Under the pieces are notes generated by a model, which worked only from the letters and a program-made list of their open reading frames with translations, was not told the DNA's origin and did no database searches. Made by a program: the position numbers and the translations under genes. A stretch of DNA of 64,000 nt from the human T2T-CHM13v2.0 reference genome, Homo sapiens. Of this stretch, positions 14,540 to 29,710 are shown in pieces. Positions within the stretch are counted from its first letter, which is position 1. Each line of letters opens with the position of its first letter. The stretch lies in assembly GCF_009914755.1 (NCBI RefSeq), contig NC_060937.1; one strand, written 5' to 3'.

Positions 14540-17500
14540 GTTTTTCTTTGATATAAAATATTTTACATATTTATGAAGTACATGTGAGTATTTGTTACAT
14601 GCATAGAATATATAATAATCAATGATCAAGTCAGGGTATTTGGGAGTATCTATCACCTTGAGTATTTATCACTTATATATGTCATTGACCCTTCAAGTCC
14701 TTTCATCTAGCTACTTTAAAATATACAATATTGCTAACTATAGCCACTCTACTCTGTTATTGCAAATTAGGGCTTATTTTTTCTATTCAACTCTGTTTGT
14801 ACCACTAATCAACCTCTTTTTATCACTGCCTTCCAACCACACACCCTTCCGAGCCTCTGGTAACTGTCATTCTATTATCTGTCTCCATGAGATCAATTCT
14901 TTTCAGCTCTCACAGATGAGTGAGAACATGTGGCATCTGTCTTTCTGTATCTGGCTTATTTCACTTAACATAATGACCTCCAGTTCCATCCATGTTGCTG
15001 CAAAACACATGGTTTCATTCTTTTTATGTCTGAATAATATTCTTTGTATTTGTGTGTGTGTGTGTGTGTATGTGTGTGTGTCATTTGTTTATACATTCAT
15101 CTGTCGATGGACACTTAGTTTGATTCCATATATTTGCTATTTGCAGCAATAAATATGCCAGTAAGGTATCTCATACACAGATTTCTTTTCTTTTGGATAA
15201 AAACCCAATAGAAGAATTAATGGGTCATGTGGTAGTTGTATTTTTAGCTTTTTGAGAAACTTCCAAAATGTTCTCCAGCATGGTTGTACTAATTTACATT
15301 CCCACCAACAGTGTATAAGAATTCCCTTTTATCTGCACCTTCACCAGCATCTGTTATTTTTTGATTTTTAATAACAGACATCTACTGAGATAAGATGGTG
15401 TCTTATTTTAGTTTTATCACTTCCCTGATCCACAATGACGTTGAGCATTTTTTCACCTCCTGACCACTTGTATGCTTCTTTTGAGAAATGCTTATTCACT
15501 TCTTTAGGCAATTTTTAATGGGATGATGATGCTGCTTATTATTTACTGTTGAGTTATTGGAGATCCTGGTGTATATTCCAGATGTTGTTCCCCTGTTGGA
15601 TGAATGGTTTGCAAATATTTTCTCTCATTCAACAAGTTGTTTTTTCACTCTGTTGATTATTTCCTTTGAGGTACGGAAGCTTTTTAGTTTAATGTAGTTC
15701 CATTTGTCTCTTTTTATTGCAGTTGTCTGTATTTTTGAGGTCTTAGCCATGAACTCTTTACCTAGACTGATGTTTTAAAATGTTTTGTTTCTGTTTTATT
15801 CCAGGAGTTTTGTACTTTCAGGTCTTACATTTAAGTTTTCAATCCATTTTGAGTTTAATTTTTGTATGTGGGAAGAGATGGGGTCCAGTTTCATTCTTTT
15901 GCATATGAAGGTCCAATATTCTCAGCACCACTTATTGAAAGGGGTAACCTTTCCCCAGTGTATGTTCTTGGCACATTTATCAATTCAATTTCCTGTAAAT
16001 AAATGAATTTATTTCTATGTTCTCTATTCTGTTCCATTATTCTTTGTGTCTGTTTTTACACCAACACCATGATGTTGTGGTTACCATGGCCTTATAGTAC
16101 ATTTTGAAGTCAGGCAGTGTGATGCTCCCAGCATGATTCATTTCTTCTCTTGGCTCAGGATTGCTTTGGCTATTTGGCTTCTTTTTTTTTTTTTTTTGGT
16201 TCCATATTAATTTTAGGATTTTTTTTCTATTTTCTGTGAAGAATGTCATTGATACTTTGATAGAGATTGCATTGAATGTATAAATTGCTTTGGGAAGTAT
16301 AGTTACTTTAACAATATTATTTTGATTATAATTATTCCAATCCATGAACATGGGATGTCCTTCCATTTGTTTCTGTCCTCTTCAGTTTCTTTTATCTGTG
16401 TTTTGTAATTTTCCTTGTATAGATCTTTCACTTTTTTGGTTAAGTTTATTCCAAGGTATTTTTTTGTAACTATTGTAAATGAGATTGCTTCTTGATTTCT
16501 ATCTTGGATAGCTCATTATTAATTTATAAAAATACTAATGATTTTTGTATGGTGATTTTGTATCCTGCAACTTTATTGTATTCATTTATCAAATATAGAA
16601 GGTTTTTGGTGGATAATTTAAGTTTTTCTAGATATGAGATCACATCATCAACAAAGAGGGACAATTTGACTTCTTCTTTTCCAATCTGGATACGTTTCAT
16701 TTCCTTCTTTTGGCTGATTGCTCTGTCTGGGACTTTCAGTAATATGTTGAGTAGGAGTAGTGAAAGTGAGCAGCCTTGTCCTGTTCGAGATCTTAGAGAA
16801 AAAGCTTTCAGTTTCTTCTCATTCAGTATGATGTAAGCTGTGGGTTTGTTACAAATGCCTTTATTATCTTATGATAAATTCCTTCTATTCCTAGTTTATT
16901 GAAAGTTTTTATTATGAAGGGATATTAAATTTTGTTAAATGCCTTTTCTGTTTCTATTGAGATGATCATACAGTTTTTGTACTTCATTCTGGTGATTAGA
17001 TGTATCATGTTGATTGACCTGCATTTGTTGAAACATCCTTGCATCCCTGGTATCAACCTCACTTGGTTATGGTGTATTATCTTTTTGATGTGCTGTTAGA
17101 TTCCATTTGCTAATATTTTGTTGAGGATTTCAAATCCAGGTTTATCAGGGATATTGGCCTGTAGTTTTCTTTTTTATGTTGCATCCTTGTCTAGTTTTGG
17201 TATCCGTGTAATTATGGCCTCATAAAATGAGTAAGGAAGAAGTCACTTCTCTTTAAATTTTTAGAATAGTTTCAGAATTGGCATTTGTTCTTATTTATAT
17301 GTTTGACATAATTAGGTTGTAAATCCATCCAGTCCTTGTTTTTTTCTTTGTTGGGAGACTTTTGTTACTGACTCAATCTCACTACTCATTTTGGTCTATT
17401 CAAATTTTTTATTTTTCCTTGATTCAATCTTGGTAGGTGATATGTTTCCAACACTTTATCAAGTTCCTCTGGACTTTCCAGTTTGTAAGCATATAGTTGC

Positions 17501-19680
17501 TCATAATAGTCTCATTCTTTTTTATTCTTTTTTTCTTTATTTTTGTCTGACTAGATTATTTTAAAAGACTTGTCTTCAAGTTCTGGGATTATTGCTTCTG
17601 CTTGATCTAGTCTCTTGCTGAAGGCTTTAAATGTATTTTGAATTTCATTCGATGAATTGTTTAACAGCAGATTTCTGTTTGTCTCTTTTTAAAAATAGCT
17701 ACCTCTTTGTTGAAGCTTTCATTCATATACTGAATAGTTTTTCTAGTTTCTCTGTATTGTTTTCTGGAATTCTTTTGTATCTCACTGAGTTTCTTTAAAA
17801 TCAGTATTTTGAATTTTTCATCTAGAATTTCATGAATTTCTTTTTGATTCAGGTCTGTTGCTGGAGGATTACTGTGTCCTTTTGGAGGTATCCTATTTCC
17901 TTGCTTTTTCCTGTTTCCTGTATCCTTATGTTGATATCTGTGCATCTGCTATAAAAGTCACTTCTTCCAATTTTTTGAAATTGCTTCCATGGGGAGGACA
18001 TTTTCCTGAAGTTGTATAGATGTCTTTTGTTAGATAGGGCACTTTGGCTTTCACTTTGGATGCATGCAGTAGTATAACCTCTGTGTAATTTCTTCAGCTA
18101 TAAACAGTGTCAGTAGTGTCTGTGATTTCCTCAGTTGCTTAGGGTGAGTTATTAGTAGAGGCTATGGTGAAGTTTTTTGGGGGCCCCAGTGCTGGCAGAA
18201 GTGAGTTAAGCATGCCTGTCCTGGGGACCCAGGGAAGAGTACACTGGCACAAGTGTTGGTGTGTCTCGGAGGGCCAATTCTTGGGCCTCCAGGTGGCTTG
18301 CTCAGAGCAGGTAGTGATAACAGTGGGCCAGGCACGTGAGCAGGTTCTCCGGTCTCTGGGCAGTGGGTGTGATGTGAGTGAAGGTAGTAGCAGCCATGGA
18401 GCAACCCACTGGAACCCAGGCAGACAATGCTGGTGTTGACAGTGGCTGCAATAGGTTGGTCAGGCAGGTCCCCTGGCCTACTCATAGGATGTATATCCAG
18501 TTGTGTTCATATCCATAGGTCCCACCAGCCTAATCTCACCCTCTAGGGGGTGTGTATAGGTGCCAACAGTGCTGGGGAAAGTAGGGTGATCCTCCAGTAC
18601 CTGACAACGTGCTTCAGTACTTGGGGGATGGACCCTGGCAGGTGGACTTGTCCTCAGGCTGCTCAGTAGTGCATTCAGGTACTGGCTGTGGTAGGCAGGG
18701 GTGGGGCGATCCCCAGGCTTCCAGCAGAATGCCCATCCATCACAGTGACAGTTGTGCTGTGGGACTGCTACTGGGGAGGACAGGACCACTGTCAGTGGGA
18801 ACAGAGTAGGCAGATAGCTATGGGATGCACAGTTTCCTCATGCCTTATTCCCACAGCAGGGACCTACAGCAGTAGCAGTGGAATTTTTCCTAGAAGTGCA
18901 TGAAAGTGCTGGCTTCCCCTCTCCTTCTTTGGCCTGGAAGTCAGTGGCAACATCAACCCTGGCCCCAGGGCAGGATGCAGACCTTTGGAGGTTGGGCTCT
19001 CAGAATGGTGCTGGCTGGGCGCCTGCCACTGGGAAGGTGGAGTCACTTTCAGTGCGAGCAGGGTAGGTAGGTGCCTGAGGGAATGTGGCTTGCTTGCTCC
19101 TCAGCGCCCCCAGCGGCCCACAGCAGCAGTGACAGGATTTGTCCTTGGAATGCATGAAGGTGCCCATCCTTTCTCTCCCTCCTTGGCAGGAGTGGCAGCG
19201 TTGCCATCAGGGCAGGATGCAGTCCTTTGGAGTCTTCGCTCTCAGAATGGCACCAAGCTGCTGTTGCTCGGGGCTCAGAGGCCTGTGGGGGTCCAGTGTG
19301 AGTTCCCTCTCTGTAGCAATTCCTCTGTGTAATCTCTAGGCAGCTTCCTATGTTAGTCTCACAGCCCTTGTGGTTCAAGGGACGCTCATGTAGCTAGGTT
19401 TGCAGAAATCTGTGGCAGGATTGTGGAGCCCTAAGGGTCTTCACTTACCCTTTCTCCACATCTGGGAGCTTCTCCAGGCTGCCAGTCATTCCCAGATGAG
19501 CATACTGCATCGCATCTCTCTCCTTTGCTTTCCGTTCTTTCCGTGATTTTTCTATTGAATCCCAGTGCTCCCTTTTAGGCAATCTGTTCCAAGGGTGCAT
19601 ATCTACTTGTTACTTTGGTTCCTCTCAGTGGAGGAAGAGCCTGTTAGCTGTATGTAGTCAGTCATCTTGATCAGCTGTCC
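14540..19680 (-). mobile_element. L1MA-type LINE-1 with 3' UTR, ORF2 3' part, ORF1 N-terminus and GC-rich 5' UTR; large internal deletion near 17513
   Basis: L1MA 3' end at 14540; ORF 16037-16366 ([21 protein letters not shown]...[14 protein letters not shown]) is ORF2; ORF 17661-17945 (KKQGNRIPPKGHSN...KFKILILKKLSEIQ) is ORF1; 5' end motif gtcagtcatcttg near 19660; (TG)n at about 15050-15081. Confidence 0.9.
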
Positions 19681-19699
19681 TAAAATACCCTGTTTATTT

Positions 19700-20065
19700 C
19701 GTCTCAGTCTGGTGTTCCCAGAAGGCTGAAGTTGAGACAAAGGTTTGCTTGCAGCTAAAGTGACTGGGTAAAGTGATTCCAAGAAATAGAAGTAGGTTAT
19801 CAAGAAAAGAGAAAAAAAAGTCAATATCAGGTTGTTCTTTCAAGCTGGTCAGTATTATGCAAAACTGGAGTATGATTCCACCAGGACTACATTAGGAGGT
19901 GTGTAGAATAAACTTTAGGGCCATTTATTTGAAGAATTGTATAAGGGAACATTAATCCACTAGTTCCTATTTCTTCTCTTTTCAAGGGATGTTAATTCCC
20001 TATATTTCCAGTTTGGGTATGAAAGAGTGAGTGTTAGACGAGTGGAAGCTATTAAGAGACGTAGC
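19700..20065 (-). mobile_element. 3' LTR (LTR16-type) of the ERV-L provirus
   Basis: gtctcagtctggtgttcccagaagg...tgagacaaagg...aagtcaatatc...tgtagaa resembles the LTR16 end in antisense and aligns loosely with 27620-27830. Confidence 0.6.
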
Positions 20066-20887
20066 CTATGCTGTTATGTCCAGGGAAAGTCTCCAAACCT
20101 GATAATATTACTGTTCTGTCAATAGGCTTATTTCAGACAAGACTGGGATGGCCAATGAAAGAGACTAACCAACATTCACTGACAAGTCACCTGGTCAGCT
20201 GGCTAGCTGATAATTTTCTCTGCAGTAGAGTCTTTCTGGTGGGTATTAACATGAAACCCAGAGATCTGCACCCTTTGTACCCACTCGTGTGGGTTCATCC
20301 TCATACTTCTTTCTCAAACTCCCATGTCTTCAATCTTCTACTGTTGTTCCTTCCAAACCTCTGCTAATCAGTCAAGCATCTGCCACTGACCAGGAGTCAA
20401 CTTTTATCTGTAATTCAGGCTATGTTTTCTTCATCTAAAGCAAATTTCCAAACGCACTATTTACTGTTCTTTCTACTGGGGGGATTCATTTTCACCACTT
20501 TCCTTCAGGTACGATGGGATAGGGACACAGTAGCACTGCAGTAGACTGACAGGCCACTGACACTGGTGTCAACATATCAGACCAATTCACTTTTTAACCA
20601 AGACTGAGTTTTTCCCTCTCTGTCAGTTGGTCATGTGGAATGCCTCCCCTACTCACATGAAGATATAGGTGTAAAATGAAGGAGAGGCACTGATACAGCA
20701 GAAGTGGGTAGCAGAGGAGTCTGGTCACCACTTAGTGCATCTTATTTGTGCTCTTTGGAACTTCTTGGTCCTAATCTTGAAGACACAAATCATCTCATTG
20801 CACGATGGGTAGTTACTGCACTCAGCTGACTTTAGGACTTACAAAACCCAGTTCATGTCAGGTCGTTTTGGTGAAATAGTTGGTATC

Positions 20888-21250
20888 TGTATTAGTTCAT
20901 TTTCACACTGCTGATAAAGACATACCCAAGACTGGGTAATTTATAAAGGAAAGAGGCTTAATTGATTCACAGTTCCACATGGCTGGGGAGGCCTCACAAT
21001 CATGGTGGAAGGCAATGAGGAACAAATTTATGTCTTACCTGGATGGCAGCAGTCAAAAGAGCTTGTGTAGGGGAATTCCCCTTTATAAAACCATCAGATC
21101 CCATGAGACTTATTCACTATCACAAGAACAGCACGGGAAAGACCCACCCCCATGATTCAATTATCTCCCACCAGGTACCTCCCGCAACACTTGGCACTTG
21201 TGGGAGCTACAGTTTCAAGATGAGATTTGGGTGGGGACACAGCCAATATC
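20888..21250 (-). mobile_element. THE1B solo LTR (MaLR) inserted in the ERV-L pol
   Basis: tgtattagttcattttcacactgctgataaagacatacccaagactggg...ggcctcacaatcatggtggaaggc...aaaaccatcagatc...gatgagatttgggtggggacacagccaa. Confidence 0.93.
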
Positions 21251-23154
21251 CACCCAACCCCATAATCAGTTTCTCAGAGTAGGAACAAGAATATTCAAGA
21301 AGCTGCTTTCAAGTAGTGAGTAGTTCTCTGCTATAGAGAACATTTATTTTTTCAGAAATGTAGAGGTCTGTACTGTGACTCTTCTACTGGAACTTGCTAA
21401 AGATTCCAAACACAACATTTTCCATCACAGATATTCCTAGCACTGCTATATTTGCTCTATTATGTGACCTAAGCAGCAGGACAGCCTGCAGTCCAACCTG
21501 TCCTGCTGCAGTTCTCTCTTGCTCTTGGCCTTATTCAAAATCAACTGTCTTTCAATTCACTCAATAAATAAGTCAGCACAATACTCCCAAAGACAATGCC
21601 TCTAATATCCAAAGAGGATTTTATACCTTGTCTCTAAAATCCAAACAGATTCACCAAGGACTGTATGGGTAAAAGTTTCCACAACCTGTTCTTCACTTGG
21701 AAGGAATTTCCTGACAAATTCCTAAAAACTTCACTGATGTGACAGACCCTGAATCCAGGTGGCACACATCTGTCTTATTAGGCCATTCAGAGCATACGTC
21801 CATTCCTCAACACCAGGTATGATTAGTGTGGTATTAATATAGTGAATAAGTACAGTGTTCTGATGTCCACCAATATGAAAAAGGTGTTTTTAAGCTACAT
21901 TCTGAGGGCGAACAGGAGAGTTAACAACCTTGAAGGTGGACAGTGAATACATGTTACTATTGCTCCTATATAAAAACAAAGTACCTTTGAGCCCCATTAT
22001 GAATAAGGATTAAAAAGAACACTTTTGCCATATCTAACCTACGGACCAATTGCCAGAAAATGAGTAACATTATGATGTATTTTCCTTGTGATACTGTTTC
22101 AAATATATTAGGGATCAGAGGAGGTTGTAATTTCAGGATTTTCATTTGGCCCTTCTTAGCATAATGGCTCTTAATGCAGAGGACAGGGAACAAATATCAA
22201 TTTCTCCAAACTACAAAGTATATCCTTTCCAAGTATCCAGTGGGGGCCAGAGAAATAGTTCCCAGGTGGATTCACAGGTCAGTTGGCCCAATGTGAAATC
22301 AACTTGAGCGAATCTCCATTTATCATTTGACCTCCACATTCCTTCACTCTGGACAGGGGACCAGTATGGTCTTTGGAGTCTCCTAGTATACATATCAGCT
22401 GAAAACTTTTTCTCCAGTGTTTAGTTAATTTGGCACATGACCACAGGTCTATTCAGGGAAGATTGGGAGACTATTTTTCATGTATAGTTGTAGCAATATG
22501 CCATGTTTTCCACTCAAGGGGACCCAATCTCCACTTCTGTCAAGACTGAGTTGAAAACTAGCTCATGTCTAAAACTGATGAAGGGCCCTGATTTTCCATT
22601 GCAGCAGCTGATGTCACCCTTCACTTTGTCAGCTCTCAATTTTTGCTGGTTAAGCCAGTCAAATTACACCCTACTTGATTGCCCATCGATGTAACCCCTA
22701 AGAATACAACAGGCTATTATCTATCACCACAGGTTCCTGCTGTTCAAGTCATTCATCTGCCACTTTGGTCTTGCTGGCATTAATAATATTATATCCACCT
22801 TGCCTCTGTTGGTTAACCATCACAATCTGACCTCTGAATTTTCAATCATTATTCCTACAAATACCAAGGAACCCAACATTATGACACCACATGTTACTCT
22901 TAATTCTAGCATGTAGAGGATAGCTACCACCTAGTTTCTCAAAGAAACATTCCCTTAACATTACATTACTTATTAACTTACTGAATTAGTGAAGTAAATC
23001 TTTTTTATCTTCTCAAGGAACCCAAGTGATGGGAATTCTGATCTCATGTAATAAATCCTTGTTATGATTAACATGTCCCTGAGACTTCTGACTCCTCCTC
23101 AACAGTTTGCCAAGGCATCTCCTGTATTTATTCTTTTTTATTCATTCTGCTCCA

Positions 23155-23270
23155 TTTATTTTTATTATACTTTAAGTTCTAGGGTACATGTGCACACCAT
23201 GCAGGTTAGTTACATATGTATACATATGCCACATTGGTGCGCTGCACCCATTAAATCACCATTGACATTG
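23155..23270 (-). mobile_element. Short (about 115 bp) L1PA 3'-end fragment
   Basis: ttattatactttaagttctagggtacatgtgcacaccatgcaggttagttacatatgtatacat...gctgcacccatta. Confidence 0.9.
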
Positions 23271-23330
23271 TATGCTAATACAAAATTTAGCATAAATTTT
23301 ACCATTCATCTTTGTTTTGTGCAATGACAG

Positions 23331-26122
<2,792 letters not shown>

Positions 26123-26164
26123 CATTATTTCCTGTATCTATTATTTATTTCATTTTCTTGTTCA

Positions 26165-26286
26165 TTACTTTTATTTATTTTATTTTGTAGAGATGGGGGT
26201 CTCAGTATTCCACCTAGGCTGCTCTCAAACTCCTGGCCTCAAGTGATCTTCCTGCTGCTACCTCCCAAAATGCTAGGATTACAAGC
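26165..26286 (-). mobile_element. FLAM / Alu left monomer
   Basis: gtagagatgggggtctcag...ctctcaaactcctggcctcaagtgatcttcctg...cctcccaaaatgctaggattaca. Confidence 0.85.
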
Positions 26287-27011
26287 TCTACTTAATTTTC
26301 TTCAAGATAGAAGCATGTCCATGCATCAAGGATCCAATGAGCAGCATGAAGATCTCCTGCCAGGACTTCAAAACCTGAGTCATGGGAAAAATACTCCCAT
26401 TACAATATCCATCCAATCCACCACCCTCAAGTTCCACTCAACCATGTGTTTTTGAAACTCCTGCTGGTATGTGCTTGTAGTATGTGGATGTATATTCTAT
26501 TTCCTCCCGGAACAGGGACAATATTTCTCCATTTGGGCTATGCTGAGATCTGACTCTGGTTAAAGGTCTGGAGGCAATGAGGAAAGGCAGTGCTAGAGCT
26601 TGAGGAAGCCATATCAATCTATGAGGCACCTGCCCCAGTTGTGGTCTTTCCAGATCCTCCAATTGAAAAAAGCCTAGTTTAATTCAAGGTTCAGAAGAAT
26701 CTGTGGCTTAAGATTTTCCAGCATATTGAACTCATCAAATGTCCCTGTGCCAGTTCTGAAAATCCCACTCTTTATCTATTAGGGTTCTGCATTTAACACA
26801 GTGCTGTGAAGGCTGTGCATTGTCTTCTTTGTCATTCTGTTAACCTTACAATTAAATTCTGGGTCTGGCTTTTATCAGTATTTGTTCTATGGCTATATGA
26901 GATAAGAAGCCTTTCAAACAGGAGCATACAGACATACAGACCCCCTTACTTTAATAGCACACCTTGAAATGATAGTTGGTCAGCCTGTCTGTCATTTTCT
27001 TTCTTTTCTAG

Positions 27012-27347
<336 letters not shown>

Positions 27348-27619
27348 CACACTCTTTACAATTATCACAGCCCTTACATTTTTCAAGTGCCATTGCTACT
27401 GCATAAGCCTTCACTCACATTTTATTTTTATCTGCCAATGAGAGTCTTAGTACTTGCAATGCTACTGCATGCCAGGAGTTATCCCACTCCACCTTTTCTC
27501 ATCAATGATAGTTCCAGAATTTCATCCTGATGTCTGTTTTTTAGGGCCACTTGCAGTCCTAACTCTCTCGCTTAGGTTCCTCTTCCACCCAGAAAGCAGT
27601 GTCTGGGACCCTTATCTTC

Positions 27620-28110
27620 TTCAGTAAGCAGACCTGAGACACAGCCTTTTAAGCAGGTGGCTGCATACAACTAGGGAGATGGGAAGGAGATGGGAAGTTT
27701 GAAAGAAGAAGCCAATAAAAGCCCTTTCATCGGTAGGGTCACTGTTGTGGGCAATTGGGGTTTGCTCCTGTTCAGACATTCTGAACAGCTATGTAGAAAG
27801 TTCTTCAGGATTTCTCCCTCCCCACTGTGAAGAGATGAAAGAGGGGAGCATGTCCTTACTAGCTCCCAACCCTAATTGGTCAAAGCCTCCCCCATACACA
27901 TATACATGTGAAAACTTGCCAAGTGGGTATGTGCTGGCATCCTACATTTGGCATCAGAGATGCCTGCAGATGAAAGCAAAAGATACATAGTTCAGCTAAG
28001 GCAAGACATATTCAAGTTATGCCAACTGAAAGCTGGTTGGCGCAGTGATAACTGGAGAAAAAGGTGGGCCAAGCCAATGTCAGGCAGGATGCAGGGCAGG
28101 GGTAATACCT
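27620..28110 (-). mobile_element. 5' LTR (LTR16C-like) of the ERV-L provirus
   Basis: aagcagacctgagaca...gaagccaataaaa...ggtcactgttgtgggcaattgggg...tgtagaa...aaagctggttggcgcagtgataactggagaaaaaggtgggcc resembles LTR16 in antisense; followed on the minus strand by internal-like ggtggaagaggaacctaagcgagagagttaggactgcaagtggc. Confidence 0.7.
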
Positions 28111-28850
28111 TTATTTAAACTTTAAAAACATATTTATTTTGTACTTTGTATCTGATAATACCAACATCCACAGTTCTTGCTGTCAAATTCAGCATTTTGC
28201 TTTGCTAACTTGCTTCCATGGTAATTGTGACATCCTGTGTTCAGCAATTTTAAATTGTAAGTTCATGTTTCTTGAAACTGTGAGATAAATTTAAGACCTG
28301 TGTTTAAAAAGTGTCCCTCCTGAGAAGTTATCAGTTCTCCTCTAACAAATTTCTGTGGACATTATCAACCAGAGTCTACAATAAACTAAATTTTTTGCTT
28401 GTGTTTTATTGGACATGTAAATTGTGTGGCTTTCAGTTCCATTCCTATCGTGTAAGCTTGGCATTTTTTTTTTCTTTGCTGAGAGGCAAGTTAAGATAGA
28501 TAAGTATTTATTACCAGCTCCTATTATGGGCAGATTGTTTTCTAGTTGCCCACTATAAACGTCACTTTGGGAATGCCAACTTTTAGGAACTCTTCATTTT
28601 GTCTTCCCTCCCTCTTTCACTGACATTTTGCCTCCTGACCCTATAACAGGTTGGCCCCTTAGCCCAGCCTCTAAAATGCTGAGGAATGGCTGACTCCCTT
28701 AAGGTCAAAACAGGCTCTACTACTCAATTACCTCTCCAGATTCATGCTTTTTCACAATATCTGTACCAATTATTTCTTTGACTTTGTTAATACCTCAGTT
28801 ATATTTTAAAAATATTTAAAAAGTATTTTCAGTGAGTTTTCTCTGAATAT
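28110..28850 (-). mobile_element. Old L1ME/HAL1-like 5' region
   Basis: tgtatctgataataccaacatc...tttgctaacttgcttccatgg...taaattgtaagttcatgtttcttgaaact resembles L1ME/HAL1 5' sequence. Confidence 0.45.
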
Positions 28851-28879
28851 TTAATGTACCATATTGCCAAAATACATGT

Positions 28880-29710
28880 CTCTAGAACTTGAACTCCTTC
28901 ATATGAATATCTCATACAGAGATTTAAAACTTCATGTCTAAAACTACACTCATCCCTTTGCTCAACAAACCTGCTCCACTACCTATATTATCTTCATCAA
29001 TGTTAACCCCACCTACTTAGTCACACATGAATTTTAGAAGCTATTATATTGCTTTCTTTCCATCATACTACCACATTAATTTTTACCACTTACATATCTT
29101 GAGCTTCCCACACTCTACTTTACACTAGCATGCCACTGCTCTTTTAATTCAGCTTCCTTAATATTTATCTCCTGGACAATTAACATAATCTAATAAACAG
29201 CCACCATATTTTCATTTACTTTCTAAACTGTTCTCCAGGTTGTTGTCATAGTGATATTTCTAGCACTTAATCTAGCCATGACACACACTTGTAATATCTT
29301 CATCCACAGTCTTCCTACAGAATACTGTCCACACAACTTAAAATGATCTATGAAGTAATTTCTCACATAGCTTCTGGACTTGTATACCACTACTTTTTGG
29401 TCTCTGCTCTTCACTGTGCCTGCAATGCCCTTCTCACACCCCTTTATATACCTTGAGTTCTGTCAGTCATCCTTTCAGTCCTCCCTCTACGGTTTTAATA
29501 AGTATCCCTTTCTCCGGGCTCTCATGACAGTCTTGGCATAGCTCTATTTTAGTGCTTTTCAGCATGTGGTGAAAATTTAGTCATTTGCCTGCCTCCACCA
29601 CTAGCCTACAAGTGCATTTATATTTTGTACCCCTAGCACGCAGCAGAAGCAGTGGATTCTGGTATATTCAATTAATATTTGTTAAATAAATACACAAATG
29701 AGTGAATGAA
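28880..29710 (+). mobile_element. L2 LINE 3' portion
   Basis: aaacttcatgtctaaaactacactc...aaacctgctcc...tgcctgcaatgcccttct...tttgtacccctagcac...atatttgttaaataaa...gtgaatgaa. Confidence 0.75.

Noticed and set aside
14622-15152. 176-aa + strand ORF
   Set aside because: Antisense reading of an L1MA 3' UTR running through a (TG)n repeat
18162-19378. GC-rich region with many overlapping ORFs resembling a gene or CpG island
   Set aside because: Lies directly upstream of the L1 ORF1 remnant and ends at an L1 5' terminus motif; it is the L1 5' UTR and is CpG-depleted
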